In this document: in pieces, positions 9,824-20,592 of the stretch
How the letters are laid out: each line of letters begins with the position of its first letter
How positions within the stretch are numbered: the first letter of the stretch is position 1
Assembly (NCBI GenBank): GCA_044440125.1
Contig: JBITAJ010000003.1
Coordinates: forward strand, 131,776-195,775
Length of the DNA: 64,000 nt
DNA from: Sedimentisphaeraceae bacterium JB056
GTDB lineage: Bacteria; Planctomycetota; Phycisphaerae; Sedimentisphaerales; Sedimentisphaeraceae
Direction of reading: 5' to 3'
The notes under the pieces: generated by a model
Told to the model about the DNA's origin: nothing
Databases searched by the model: none
What the model saw: only the letters and a program-made list of their open reading frames with translations
Position numbers and translations under genes: made by a program

Positions 9824-11479
9824 CTACTCAAGTTCTATACAACCTGCCTCATTAGGCGTAGTGCAATCCTGCCAGGTTTCTGCAATAATTTTGAAGTCAG
9901 TCATATTAACTTCACAATCTTCGTTTACATCACCACTAAAGAAATCACCTCTGCCGCAATCATTATCGTAAATAATACCGGCAAGACTGCTCTTTGATGT
10001 GACATCAGCATAAATTGGATCAGCACTGGCACTCATTGCAGTGATATAGAATTCTTCTGAATTATGATTCCAGTCTTCTCCATCAATGGCTGCAACAGTT
10101 ACTACTTGTGGAGCGTTATAATCAGTGCTGTCAAATATAAGACTGGAAGGACTGAGAGTAACTCTTGACTGCTCACTTGTCTCCATTGTTATATTTAATG
10201 TCACAGCGACTTGATCAGAAGGGACATTACTCAATACAACCTCAAATTTATTTGATTCATCTAAAACAACTTCTTCACTCACAACAAGCTCACTTCCTAC
10301 AAGAGAAAGGAATATATCAGCATCATCGTTATCTTCAATGCTTACCTCTACAGTATCACAGTAAGCGTTAGCCGAAGTAAAGTTAGGATCCGAACTTGAA
10401 AGATCAAAACTTAAAGTAACGGTCTCCTGTCCTTCATAAATAGAATCATCAACCGCTGAAACAGTAAAAGTCTGAGCAGTATCCCAGTCAGAAGTCGTAA
10501 ATATCATAGAAGAAGGTGAAACCTCTATATCGCTTCCAGTAAAACTTGGCGTTATCGTAACGTCAGCCAAAGGTGCTTTTACAAGACTTATATTCAGGCT
10601 GTCAGTTGTACCTTCTTCTGTTACAACGGTAGAGCCATCAGTTTCAGTGATATCTGCCACAGGAACCGGGGCTTCAGTATAATCAGTAGCTAAACCATAT
10701 TTAGTTTCTAAATAATAACCTACGATATTTCGTTCCTCATCGCTCAAACCTCTTTCATAAACAAGAACCTCAGCAATACTGCCATTCCAGCATCCTGGAC
10801 CTTTACCTATATAACATGGAGTCGAAGGAGGATTAATCTGCTCGAAAGCATTTGGTGTTTCACCTAAGAAAGAACCGTTGCGATAAGCAATAGACTTTGC
10901 AAGACCTTCAGCTTTGGAAAGAGTAAACAAATGCCATGATTGCGTAAGTCCCGGACTTAAATTTGTCGTCTGATTTGTGCCGTTAACATCATAATAAGAG
11001 ACACAGAGTCTCGTATCAGTTGTTGAACGATATGCCATAAATGGTGCTCTTGTATTGGCTCCACTGCCGCTGTAAGCCATATTAAACTTACCTCGCCATG
11101 TTCCAGCCTGAATACCATCAATGCTTACAATAAATACAGTATGGGAAGCACTTGACATTGAAAAATTCAATACATCGTCAGAGCCATCAAACGATAGGTA
11201 AACACCTCCAACCTCAGCGCCATCTGTAATATATGCAGGGCGTGCTGAAGTAGATGCCTGTGTTGCATCACGACCATTACCTGACTTATCAACCCATACA
11301 GAAACAGTATTATTTACAAGTCCGTCTTCTCCTGCCCCTTCTATAATACCGTCTCCATCCAGATCATCGGCACTATACCATAAACCAAGGCCCTGAACAT
11401 CGGGAGGACTTACCACAGCCGCATTCAAAGCAGTTACACAAAGAACAAAAGCCAACACAATAGATTTGACAATTTTCAT
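9824..11479 (-). CDS. Secreted LamG-like + two Calx-beta/Ig-like + dockerin-like protein (paralogue of 6966..9767)
   Basis: LWYSADDLDGDG...WVDKSGNG...GSIAEVLVYERGL...GYYLETKYGL; terminal GDVNEDCEVNMTDF...W.DC. Confidence 0.8.
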   Translation of the reverse strand: MKIVKSIVLAFVLCVTALNAAVVSPPDVQGLGLWYSADDLDGDGIIEGAGEDGLVNNTVSVWVDKSGNGRDATQASTSARPAYITDGAEVGGVYLSFDGSDDVLNFSMSSASHTVFIVSIDGIQAGTWRGKFNMAYSGSGANTRAPFMAYRSTTDTRLCVSYYDVNGTNQTTNLSPGLTQSWHLFTLSKAEGLAKSIAYRNGSFLGETPNAFEQINPPSTPCYIGKGPGCWNGSIAEVLVYERGLSDEERNIVGYYLETKYGLATDYTEAPVPVADITETDGSTVVTEEGTTDSLNISLVKAPLADVTITPSFTGSDIEVSPSSMIFTTSDWDTAQTFTVSAVDDSIYEGQETVTLSFDLSSSDPNFTSANAYCDTVEVSIEDNDDADIFLSLVGSELVVSEEVVLDESNKFEVVLSNVPSDQVAVTLNITMETSEQSRVTLSPSSLIFDSTDYNAPQVVTVAAIDGEDWNHNSEEFYITAMSASADPIYADVTSKSSLAGIIYDNDCGRGDFFSGDVNEDCEVNMTDFKIIAETWQDCTTPNEAGCIELE

Positions 11480-11545
11480 AACATAACCTCACTAATTATA
11501 CTATTAATACTTAAAACCAACGATTGCTGTTGATTATGACAATTC

Positions 11546-12715
11546 TTAATTTGGAGATGTGATAGTTTCGCCACTGTCAAAAACGAGATCTATCATAACC
11601 CTTTCAGAATCAGTTATATTTCGTTTGCCTGAAAGAATTTCACCGAGTATTTCAACTGTTTTTGCGCCAAGATCACTCAAATCACAACCAATACTTGAAA
11701 TACGCCTTAGCATCATGCAATCAGGATGTTTGAATCCATATTGTATCAAGGAAAGATCTTCCGGTATTCTCAGCCCCATTTTTTGAGCCGAAAGCAGCAA
11801 TATAGTCTCAAGCCTGGTATCCTGCGAAAAGATAACAGTAGGCCTGTCTTTTCTGCTAAGCAATTCATCAATCTGAGACATCATCTCCTGACCTTGTGCC
11901 ACTGGATTATGAATATCGGTTTGATTATATATTATATTACGTTCATCAAGCTCCATACCCTCTTTGGCCAATTCATCCTGGATACCTTTTTGGATTCCAA
12001 GCGACACACTATATTTCATCGAAGCGATATAACCAATACGTTTGTGACCGGCATTAAGCATTTCCTTTGCGGCAAGCCTTCCTACCTTTTCCCAATCTAA
12101 TGTCACTACCGGAGCCTGAACACCTTCAACACCTCTATAGCAGAAAACTACCGGTATACCGGCATCCTGAAGAACCTGATAGTGAAAAGCAGGTGCAGTA
12201 TCATCAAGTGGCGGCGTAACAACAACACCGGAAAACTTTTTATGCAGTACATTAAGAAAAGCACTTGCCTGCTTATCACTGTTTTCAAAAGTATTCATGA
12301 CTTCAAGAGATAAAGAAGGTATGCTTTTTGAAGCGTACTGACAGGCGCCCTCAAAAAGAGCACTATACTGATAAAGACTTGAATTTGAGTATATAAACGC
12401 AAAGGTCTTAGTTGAAGAAGCTGTAATACCGTCAGATATAAGGGTAGCACCATTTCCTAAATGCTCAAGCTTCGGATTAACAAACGTCCCTCTCTTGGTA
12501 ACTTCTATCAAACCTTCGGACTTCAAAGAACAAAAAGCCTCAGAAACAGTCTGTGCTCCAACACCAATTTGCGAGGCTATATGCCGTGTAGGCGGCAATT
12601 TTTCTCCAGGCTTGAATCTGCCTGACAAAACGCCCTGCTTCAAATACTTACCTAACTGACTGCTTACTGCAGAATAAGATTCTTTGTCTACAACAAAATC
12701 TGACAAATTGACCAT
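11546..12715 (-). CDS. GntR-family wHTH + LacI-type sugar-binding domain regulator (AraR-like architecture)
   Basis: GRFKPGEKLPPTR...TVSEAF..LKSEGLI...GTFV, then a periplasmic-binding fold (GHKRIGYI, IPEDLSLI). Confidence 0.9.
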   Translation of the reverse strand: MVNLSDFVVDKESYSAVSSQLGKYLKQGVLSGRFKPGEKLPPTRHIASQIGVGAQTVSEAFCSLKSEGLIEVTKRGTFVNPKLEHLGNGATLISDGITASSTKTFAFIYSNSSLYQYSALFEGACQYASKSIPSLSLEVMNTFENSDKQASAFLNVLHKKFSGVVVTPPLDDTAPAFHYQVLQDAGIPVVFCYRGVEGVQAPVVTLDWEKVGRLAAKEMLNAGHKRIGYIASMKYSVSLGIQKGIQDELAKEGMELDERNIIYNQTDIHNPVAQGQEMMSQIDELLSRKDRPTVIFSQDTRLETILLLSAQKMGLRIPEDLSLIQYGFKHPDCMMLRRISSIGCDLSDLGAKTVEILGEILSGKRNITDSERVMIDLVFDSGETITSPN

Positions 12716-12988
12716 CTGATATCTCCTTGATATTCTTTCGTATCACAACAATAACATTATGATAACATAAAAAAGGCAGCAATCAAGAAAATAAGCCAAA
12801 AACACAAAGAAAGCCACACAAAACCACAATATCACTACAATATCACCACACAAACAACTACAAATTCAAAAGATACAAACATTGTAGCAAAAGAAAAAAA
12901 TCACATATTTATAATTTTAAGACCATAACAAACAACCATTAACAAACTTTTTGGGGATTAATGCCATTTTGAGTTTTAAAACAAAAAA

Positions 12989-13016
12989 GGCTTTTAAGCA
13001 TAAAAACTTAAAAGCC
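12989..13016 (-). terminator. Rho-independent terminator downstream of 13126..15354
   Basis: GGCTTTTAAG-N8-CTTAAAAGCC with a minus-strand U-tract. Confidence 0.7.
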
Positions 13017-13125
13017 AATAAGTTAAACGAATAAAGGCAACAGAATTACTCATGACATGGGGCTTGAGAGTCAATAGCCCAACCCAAGAATAATTAGCAG
13101 AATAATGGTTTACGAAAAACAAATA

Positions 13126-15354
13126 TTAATCGTAATTACCGTACCACATGGCGATATCATCAAGCCACACATTGCTATTTGATGCATAGTTTATGAAACC
13201 AACGGTTGTAAACGCATCACTTTCCATCTGCGGGGTAGTATATTTTGAGAATGAGGAATTGTACTTCTCTACTCCGTTAAGTTTAATCTGCAAATTATCA
13301 CTGTTAGTATCAATTTTCACAGACACCTTATTCCAATCATCAACATTAAAATCGCTCCAGTTAGCAACATAGCTACTTCCTGAGGCATCGGCAAAACCAA
13401 GCCCTGAACCTGTTATAAAGAACTTGCACGGCTCATACCAATTACGGTAAGGTCTTACATAAAGCGATATCGGAGACTGAACATAAACCATAAACTCTAT
13501 ATTCTGCATCGTGTCATTAGTCCAATCCCATATTCTGCCGTCAACGTTACGATCATTGGTTCCCCAGCAATAACGGAATGCCGCATTCTGTGTCTTCATC
13601 TTTATTGAGGTGGTTCCTGAATAACTTTTATCTGTAGAAAAACTCACATTATTTACAGATGGTGCAGAAGGAGTTTGTAAACTGCTCCACGGATCCCAGG
13701 CATAGGTAGAAGGAAGAGATTCATTGTTCGAAAAACTGTCAAATTCCTGAACAGGCTTTATCCAGCTTTGGGGGCTCCATGTAAAACCGTCATTTATCTC
13801 TGAAGCAATGCTCTCCCATTCAGTCTTAAGCTGCGACATCCCTACTATACCGATCTCTTCATACGCACCGGAGAAGGGCCTGTTGCCGTAATGCCACGGA
13901 AACATCCCCGCTATTCTTCCATTGGCAGTCGCCCATCCATAGAAGTCATTAGCCATACTAATCATAGCAGTTTGATATTGGGCGAGTGTTTTATTAGGAT
14001 TATTATTTGAACCAAACGCATCAGGCACCAATATCGCCAACTGATCATCATACATAGCAGGGAATATGTATTTGTTGTACATATATCTTACCTTATCCAG
14101 ATTGTTATACCAATCGGCAGAGATATAATCCACAGAATCAGAAAACTGGGTATAGGTTATTGAAGAACCGAGCAAATCTGTACCATATTCCCAAACAGCA
14201 AGTGCCTCGTTATAATACACCTTAGAATCTGCGAAATCAGCTTTAACAGCATCAGCCATAACATCAACTTCAGAAACGCTTAAGCCATTCCAAACAGCTT
14301 CATCAGGCAACTGGAAACCATATATACGCCCCTGCTGATAAATCGAAGATACCAAATCCTTAAAAGTCTTCCAGCACTGCTGATAGTCACTTCTCATATC
14401 ATAACCACACCATTGATTACTCGCATCCCAGGTTTCAACAGCAAACACATTTTTAATATTAATATATGAATTCATGCCACGATTAGCCGCATCCATCGCC
14501 AAACATAAATTGTGTGTAAAATGATCCGTAGCTACATTGGCAACATTGACAGGCCATACAGTTTCCCAGAAACCTATTTTATTCAAATTATTAGGATAAT
14601 AGTCACTGCCCGCCTGCACACCGACTCTAAAATTATCTATATAATATGATGTGCCGGCAGCGGCATTAGCATTCAACTGAATAGCATCGATATAACCGTT
14701 CCATGTAGGCCATTGCGTGTAATAAACATACCCGGATGTAATTTCTGTATCATCAAGCCATATTTTAACCTGTCCATAATCTTCCGCTATCGGAGAAGTC
14801 TGCTCTATCCTTACCGAATGCCAACTCTGTCCAGAATAACTTGCAAGATCATATGTCGTAATAGCAGATGTCTTGGAATCTCTCCTGAGTCTTACTTTGA
14901 AATGACCGTTCTCTGGATATATCTGAGTCAATACAACCTGCTGCGAATTACGGAGAGTTTCAAGATAATTCCATAAATTACCAGCAGAAAAATCCTGATA
15001 AAATTCATATTCTATGACAACAGTCTGTATCTGTCCTGGATAAGAATAATTCCCAAGCCATCCAAGCTGCAAATTCGTATAAGTGGACTGACCGCTAAGC
15101 GACAACGAATAGTCATAATCACCTCCAAGATCAACAATCTGGGAATTGGAATTACTGCCGCTAACTACTCTCCATGAGCCGTAATACGGAGAACTGGAAG
15201 ATACTGGAACTGATGAATTCCAAAAACCTCCAGACTGGGCATTAACAGTACCGGCCTGATAGCCCTCAAAAGATTCCGAGCAATATATCCACTGAAACGA
15301 ACCATAGGAAATAGAAACTGCAACAACAACCAAAAAGACAATTACCTTAGACAT
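13126..15354 (-). CDS. Secreted three-domain protein (jelly roll, putative GH-like TIM barrel, jelly roll); function unknown
   Basis: Signal peptide MSKVIVFLVVVAV (GGAG RBS; ORF track starts at 15366); N-domain resembles 21367..22278 and the remainder resembles 18874..20571. Confidence 0.7.
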   Translation of the reverse strand: MSKVIVFLVVVAVSISYGSFQWIYCSESFEGYQAGTVNAQSGGFWNSSVPVSSSSPYYGSWRVVSGSNSNSQIVDLGGDYDYSLSLSGQSTYTNLQLGWLGNYSYPGQIQTVVIEYEFYQDFSAGNLWNYLETLRNSQQVVLTQIYPENGHFKVRLRRDSKTSAITTYDLASYSGQSWHSVRIEQTSPIAEDYGQVKIWLDDTEITSGYVYYTQWPTWNGYIDAIQLNANAAAGTSYYIDNFRVGVQAGSDYYPNNLNKIGFWETVWPVNVANVATDHFTHNLCLAMDAANRGMNSYINIKNVFAVETWDASNQWCGYDMRSDYQQCWKTFKDLVSSIYQQGRIYGFQLPDEAVWNGLSVSEVDVMADAVKADFADSKVYYNEALAVWEYGTDLLGSSITYTQFSDSVDYISADWYNNLDKVRYMYNKYIFPAMYDDQLAILVPDAFGSNNNPNKTLAQYQTAMISMANDFYGWATANGRIAGMFPWHYGNRPFSGAYEEIGIVGMSQLKTEWESIASEINDGFTWSPQSWIKPVQEFDSFSNNESLPSTYAWDPWSSLQTPSAPSVNNVSFSTDKSYSGTTSIKMKTQNAAFRYCWGTNDRNVDGRIWDWTNDTMQNIEFMVYVQSPISLYVRPYRNWYEPCKFFITGSGLGFADASGSSYVANWSDFNVDDWNKVSVKIDTNSDNLQIKLNGVEKYNSSFSKYTTPQMESDAFTTVGFINYASNSNVWLDDIAMWYGNYD

Positions 15355-15411
15355 AAAAGCCTCCATAAAAATGAAAATTATATAAAATTTAGTTGAGCGG
15401 TTGCAAGTCTC

Positions 15412-17253
15412 TTATAGATTACAAACGCTCAACCGACAAACTTTTGCTAATGAAAATTCACCTGCCTGATCAATAACCAGACGTATTTTTTTTGCCTTTA
15501 TGCAATCAAATGCATGTGTATTCAATCTTTGATAGTTGTCCTTAACTGAAAGTATTTCTTTCCAGCCTTCAGGACTCTCATAAAATAAGCTGTAATTCCG
15601 AACTGTTTCCGGTTGAACCTGCCAATACATTTTTTCATCCATACCGGAAAGTTTATCTTTTGTAAGAGTAAGGGGACGATGCAAACCTGTATCAAAAACT
15701 ATTCTGATACAATTAAACTTCACCTCATGCTCCCAACTCATCATCAACCATTGCGGCATATCACAATCAGCGTCACTACACCAGCGATAATTACTACTAT
15801 TATAATCAGGAAGCAAACCATCAAGAGATCTTGTCAAAGCACTCTTAACATTATCAGGTTCACAACCTTCAAGATAAGAAGATGCTTCAACAATTGCCGT
15901 ATCAGAAATTTCATCTTCTGTTGAATCCACATAAGGCAGGAAACAATCATCATTTAATAGATTATTCTGAACTTCCCTGATGTTTTCGCCCTGAAGCAAT
16001 TCTATTAACGAAATATCATTTTTAACAGCCAATGCCGCTGCCGCACCAACACCCTGCCCTACAACGCCACATGTAGCCATAACACGAGCTGAAGTGAAAG
16101 CAATATAAGAGGCACTTATATTTCTGCCGGCAAACATCAAATTATTTATTTCAGAGCTTATACAACTTCGCAGAGGTATAGGATAGATAAAAGAAGCACC
16201 TTCCTGCTCCGAAGGTTCTTGATTATCAGAATCTATCCCACCTGCCGGATGAGAGTCAAACGGCCAGCCGCCATAGGCAATAGTATCATAAAAAGGCGAA
16301 GGCTTCTTAACATCATTTTCTGTAAGCGTATATAGACCTTTGAATCGTCGCGACTGCCTTTTACCCGGCAAAAACCCGAACCACTTCAATGCATAGTTTT
16401 CAGAATCATACTTACCGCTGTTCTTTATATAGTCCCATACGCCCAGAAGTATGCCCAGAAGCTTTTCACGAACAACAGGCAAATCTTTCACGGTATCTTT
16501 ATAACCGCCCCATTCTATCCACCAGTAACCATAGTTGAATTTACTGCAATCTCTGAGAGCCAATTCCTCATCTTTGAACTTCCTCGCCCATTTAGGTAAT
16601 TCGTAAGGTATCGGTTTGCCCATATCTTCTGCTTCAAACAGCAGAGACATCCCCATCTCTCCATCTTCGTGCTTTGGGGGTGCACCCACCTCATTGAAAA
16701 CCGATTTGCTTTCTCTGCCTCGAAAGAAACTCGCTCCAGCCTCTGCCGCCATTCTGCCATCGCCGGTGCAATCGATAAAGACCTTAGCATCAATTGTGAA
16801 ACAATCTTCAGTACAACTTCGCATCGCATAAGCTTTTTCTATACTGCCGTTGGCAACCTTGACTCCAACTACCGGAGTATCAAGCAGTAATGTAAGTTTA
16901 GGCTCTACCATACACTTTTCATAAAGTATAAGGTCGTGCATAGACCAGCTTCTCTGAGGGTTCCTGACTGCATTTTCCAGTCTTATCTCCTCAATTATAC
17001 CTGTTTCACGTGCCGCAACTGCTCTTTCAGCAGAACGATTGCCAAGAAAGTCCGCTCCGCATATATGCATCCTTACCTCAGAAGACGCATTACCACCTAA
17101 AACGCTGCGATCATGACAAAGAACCACTCTTGCACCATTACGTGCGGCAGATATAGCTGCACACACACCAGCTATTCCGCCCCCGGCAACAAAAACATCG
17201 CATTCAAGTTGTTTTTCTGTAGAAATCCCAGTAACCCAATCCATACAAATCAT
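15412..17253 (-). CDS. FAD-dependent oxidoreductase (FAD_oxidored type) with C-terminal discoidin/F5-8-like domain
   Basis: DVFVAGGGIAGVCAAISAARNG, LGGNASSE, FIDCTGDG, NLMFAGRNISAS, RVMATC; C-terminal V.DNYQR. Confidence 0.88.
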   Translation of the reverse strand: MICMDWVTGISTEKQLECDVFVAGGGIAGVCAAISAARNGARVVLCHDRSVLGGNASSEVRMHICGADFLGNRSAERAVAARETGIIEEIRLENAVRNPQRSWSMHDLILYEKCMVEPKLTLLLDTPVVGVKVANGSIEKAYAMRSCTEDCFTIDAKVFIDCTGDGRMAAEAGASFFRGRESKSVFNEVGAPPKHEDGEMGMSLLFEAEDMGKPIPYELPKWARKFKDEELALRDCSKFNYGYWWIEWGGYKDTVKDLPVVREKLLGILLGVWDYIKNSGKYDSENYALKWFGFLPGKRQSRRFKGLYTLTENDVKKPSPFYDTIAYGGWPFDSHPAGGIDSDNQEPSEQEGASFIYPIPLRSCISSEINNLMFAGRNISASYIAFTSARVMATCGVVGQGVGAAAALAVKNDISLIELLQGENIREVQNNLLNDDCFLPYVDSTEDEISDTAIVEASSYLEGCEPDNVKSALTRSLDGLLPDYNSSNYRWCSDADCDMPQWLMMSWEHEVKFNCIRIVFDTGLHRPLTLTKDKLSGMDEKMYWQVQPETVRNYSLFYESPEGWKEILSVKDNYQRLNTHAFDCIKAKKIRLVIDQAGEFSLAKVCRLSVCNL

Positions 17254-18782
17254 TTCTGTAGCAATTGATAAATTTCTGTTTTAAACTTTTCAACCTGCGT
17301 AAAATCGGCAGTATAATCAACAGGACCTTTATATATTTGTTCTAATACCTTTTCGGCGGCATCTCTGCCTTTGAATATTTCCAGAGCCCTGAGATATTCG
17401 TAATCTTCCACGCCGTCAAGCCAGCGTTCAAGCCTCACTGATGCAAGCGGTCCCTTCGTTCCGTAAAACTCTCCCGGATAAACTAACAAACCGTCACCAT
17501 CAGGTAACCCCTTACGAAAAGCCATTTTATCAGGCTGATTCGCATCAACAACAAAGCTATTTACTGCCCAGTAAAGGAAGCCTGTGCCGCCATCTTTCCA
17601 CACCCGCCATAAAACCGCGCGGTTGTTGTACGGCGACTGCTCAAGAAGGTAGTTGGGTTGTTTCTCGCCCGGTCCGCAACAGACATAAGTCCACCACTCT
17701 TGATCGTTTTCGAGAAGCTCTTTAGATTTAACAACATTCTCCTCTTTTATTTTCAAAGCCCATGAGCTCATGCAGAATATCTTCGTATGCTGATCCCATA
17801 AATCATAGACAGCAAATAAATCATCCTTACGCTCTCCTTCTTTAGGGCCACAATAGAAGGTCGTTATAATATTTGCATCTGAATCAAACTTGTGCAGCCT
17901 TGCCGCGTTTTTATCAAGGTCATCATAATCCTTCAGATTGGAAGGTTCATCAGATATATAGAAATATCCCTTATCGTAATACCCCTGATACTTAGCAGTC
18001 TTTATCATCTCATCAAGCTTCCGGTCGTCAAGGGTATAAAAAGGCAATGCAATATCAGTAAAACGCGGATCAGAGAACAACTCTACAGTTCTTGGATCAT
18101 CCATCGGCCATGGAGAAGAATACGCTTCATGCTCCTGCCTTGTAAGCCAATCACAAAGATACGGCGATATGCGATAATCAAGCAGAAACTTTATCCAGCC
18201 TTCCATCGCCTCCCTTTTCTTGTCCTGATCATCAATTTTGAGTATCTTAGTAAACATGTCTGCCCTGATACCGAAAACAGCGGGCAAAGAAGGTTTCAGC
18301 GGCAGCACAAGCTCATTTACATTGACAGCAACCGGAATAACTTTCTTTTCATCTCCGCAAAATACAGAGATTTTATCATCATAATTGCCCGGTTTGGCAG
18401 TTAATGAAGCATGATACGTAAACCAAAGCTTTATTACACCCGACTCACTTGAAATTCTGCTTCCTGCAGGTACAAGAACATCGTCATAATCACCGACTTT
18501 TTCAATTTTACGGCATTTAAATTCCAGCTCCTTACCGGCTCGCTTTACCACGATATCCTTTTTGCCTTCAGGAAGAGTCACCACCATCTGAAAATGTTCA
18601 TACTCACCGCGTGCGAGATTCAATTTAATATCAGATATTCCTGAAAGCTCTTTATAATCAAAAACATTCGACAAACTATGCAAAACCTTACACTGCAAAG
18701 CTGTCTGCTGTGCAATACAAAATCCAACACAACACAAAACACAAAAGACAATAGTCAAAAATCTTTTCATCGTAAAACCCAT
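17250..18782 (-). CDS. Secreted DUF4091 / GH123-like glycoside hydrolase
   Basis: LARGEYEHFQ, YISDEP, WWTYVC, GFLYWAVN, GDGLLVYPG, SVRLERWLDGVEDYEYL; signal peptide from MKRFL. Confidence 0.8.
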   Translation of the reverse strand: MGFTMKRFLTIVFCVLCCVGFCIAQQTALQCKVLHSLSNVFDYKELSGISDIKLNLARGEYEHFQMVVTLPEGKKDIVVKRAGKELEFKCRKIEKVGDYDDVLVPAGSRISSESGVIKLWFTYHASLTAKPGNYDDKISVFCGDEKKVIPVAVNVNELVLPLKPSLPAVFGIRADMFTKILKIDDQDKKREAMEGWIKFLLDYRISPYLCDWLTRQEHEAYSSPWPMDDPRTVELFSDPRFTDIALPFYTLDDRKLDEMIKTAKYQGYYDKGYFYISDEPSNLKDYDDLDKNAARLHKFDSDANIITTFYCGPKEGERKDDLFAVYDLWDQHTKIFCMSSWALKIKEENVVKSKELLENDQEWWTYVCCGPGEKQPNYLLEQSPYNNRAVLWRVWKDGGTGFLYWAVNSFVVDANQPDKMAFRKGLPDGDGLLVYPGEFYGTKGPLASVRLERWLDGVEDYEYLRALEIFKGRDAAEKVLEQIYKGPVDYTADFTQVEKFKTEIYQLLQK

Positions 18783-18807
18783 TCTAAATCATTTAGCCTT
18801 TCTTAAT

Positions 18808-18844
18808 AAAGGGCTTACACCAATACAATCAGAGTAAGCCCTTT
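18808..18844 (-). terminator. Intra-operon hairpin / terminator
   Basis: AAAGGGCTTAC-N15-GTAAGCCCTTT inverted repeat. Confidence 0.6.
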
Positions 18845-18873
18845 AATAAATTCTCTACCTGTATCTATCTGTC

Positions 18874-20571
18874 TTATTTCAAATCATCACAGTAAGGATC
18901 ATCAGGATCTGTACAATTGCCCCATGAGCTTGCCATCGCAGCAAAATCATAAAGATCAACATCACAATCATTGTCAACATCCATAACAGATGTTCCCCAA
19001 TCGCCGCAGCCAACTTCACCCCACATAGAAATATCATCAATATAGGTATTGGTAGCAGCCCACTGTATAAAGCCGACAGAATTGAATGTCACTTCACTTG
19101 CCGCGGCAAAAGGCTGAGCGTATATCTCAACATCATTGAGCCATACTGTTATCATATCATCACTGTTGTCTGACTGATCGTTAATATCTATCTTTACCTT
19201 TATCTTGTTCCAGTCGTTATCGATAAAATCAGTCATATTTGCAAGTCTTACATAACTTCCGCCGCCGTCAACCATTTCAAATCCCCATGTAGCAATCCTG
19301 AAAGTACATGGCGCTCCCCATATTCTGTAAGGATAAAAATAGAGGTTTGTACTTGCTTCATCAAGCTTCACCTTGAACTCAAAATACTGCACGCTTTGAC
19401 CTGCCCATTGCCTTGATACTGCAGAATTTTTATCATTTGTTCCCCAGCAATATCTCATCTTTGCACCATTACTCTTAAGATTCAATGATGTAGTACCACT
19501 GTAGCTTTCTGCAGTTGAAAAACTTACCGCAGAAGTAGGCAAGCCGGTCGGCCAGTATGGATCATACTCATAAGTAGAAGGCAGTTGATCACCATCAGAG
19601 AAGCTGTCCCAACCCTGCATAAAACTAGTATCAGCTAAAACAGCAGGCTGATTATTTACTGCTATTTCAGAACCTATTTGCTGCCATTTAGCGTTTGTTA
19701 AAGGCATATCACGTGCACCGATTTCCCAATACATACCAAGAGACCAGAAACGATCAAGATCAGAACCAAGCTCAAGCGAGAGCCAATGCCATGGTACAAA
19801 ACCAATAACATTGCTGTCTGTCTTGGCCCACTGATAATAAGCTTCAGCATCAATAACATTCTGCTGATCGTAATCATCAAGCGTTGCACCAGGATTACCC
19901 TCAGAACCGAAAGCCTGCGGAACTATGACAGCCTTCTGCCCCGCCGACATCTTTGGATAAAGATAAGTCTGATAATCACTCTGGACTGTAGCTATGGTTT
20001 CACTGTAACAATCAAAACCAATCCAGTCAACATCTGCAGGTATCGGATCATAGTCGACAGGTTCATCAAAAGAATTAACCCCATCAACAAATACCGGCCT
20101 TGCTTCAACAACCAAAACCTTCGTTGTTGGAAAATCAGCTTTTATTGCAGTGGCTATCGTTGCAATCTCAGAAACTTCAACACCATTCCAGACTGGCTCA
20201 TCAAGTATGATGAAGCCCTCTATGTGTCCTGATGCTACCAAAGGAGCTGCCAGATCAGCAAATGCATCCCAGCATCTCTGCCAATCACTGCGAAGTGTCC
20301 AGCCATCCCAAACATCGCCAGCCCATACTTCTTCACAAAATACCTTGCCAACTTCAACAATGCCGGCCTTGCCTCTGCTCGCAGTTTCGTTGAGCAAACT
20401 CAAATCACTAACCATACTGAAATTGGATGCATCACCTTCCGACCAAGGCTCAGAGTTGAAAAAACCAACCCATTGCAGATTTGAAGTTGCAGCTGCCTGT
20501 AAATCCATAGAAAAAGCAGCAATTAGAATAGATAAAAACAAAGTGTATCTTAATGTTGTTCTCATAACCAA
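18874..20571 (-). CDS. Secreted putative glycoside hydrolase-like protein + jelly-roll domain + dockerin-like tag
   Basis: Signal peptide; ILDEPVWNG, DWIGFDCY, GFVPWHW resemble TIM-barrel GH strand ends; terminal DVDNDCDVDLYDF...W.NC. Confidence 0.7.
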   Translation of the reverse strand: MVMRTTLRYTLFLSILIAAFSMDLQAAATSNLQWVGFFNSEPWSEGDASNFSMVSDLSLLNETASRGKAGIVEVGKVFCEEVWAGDVWDGWTLRSDWQRCWDAFADLAAPLVASGHIEGFIILDEPVWNGVEVSEIATIATAIKADFPTTKVLVVEARPVFVDGVNSFDEPVDYDPIPADVDWIGFDCYSETIATVQSDYQTYLYPKMSAGQKAVIVPQAFGSEGNPGATLDDYDQQNVIDAEAYYQWAKTDSNVIGFVPWHWLSLELGSDLDRFWSLGMYWEIGARDMPLTNAKWQQIGSEIAVNNQPAVLADTSFMQGWDSFSDGDQLPSTYEYDPYWPTGLPTSAVSFSTAESYSGTTSLNLKSNGAKMRYCWGTNDKNSAVSRQWAGQSVQYFEFKVKLDEASTNLYFYPYRIWGAPCTFRIATWGFEMVDGGGSYVRLANMTDFIDNDWNKIKVKIDINDQSDNSDDMITVWLNDVEIYAQPFAAASEVTFNSVGFIQWAATNTYIDDISMWGEVGCGDWGTSVMDVDNDCDVDLYDFAAMASSWGNCTDPDDPYCDDLK

Positions 20572-20592
20572 TCCTCTTAAAAACTCAATTTA

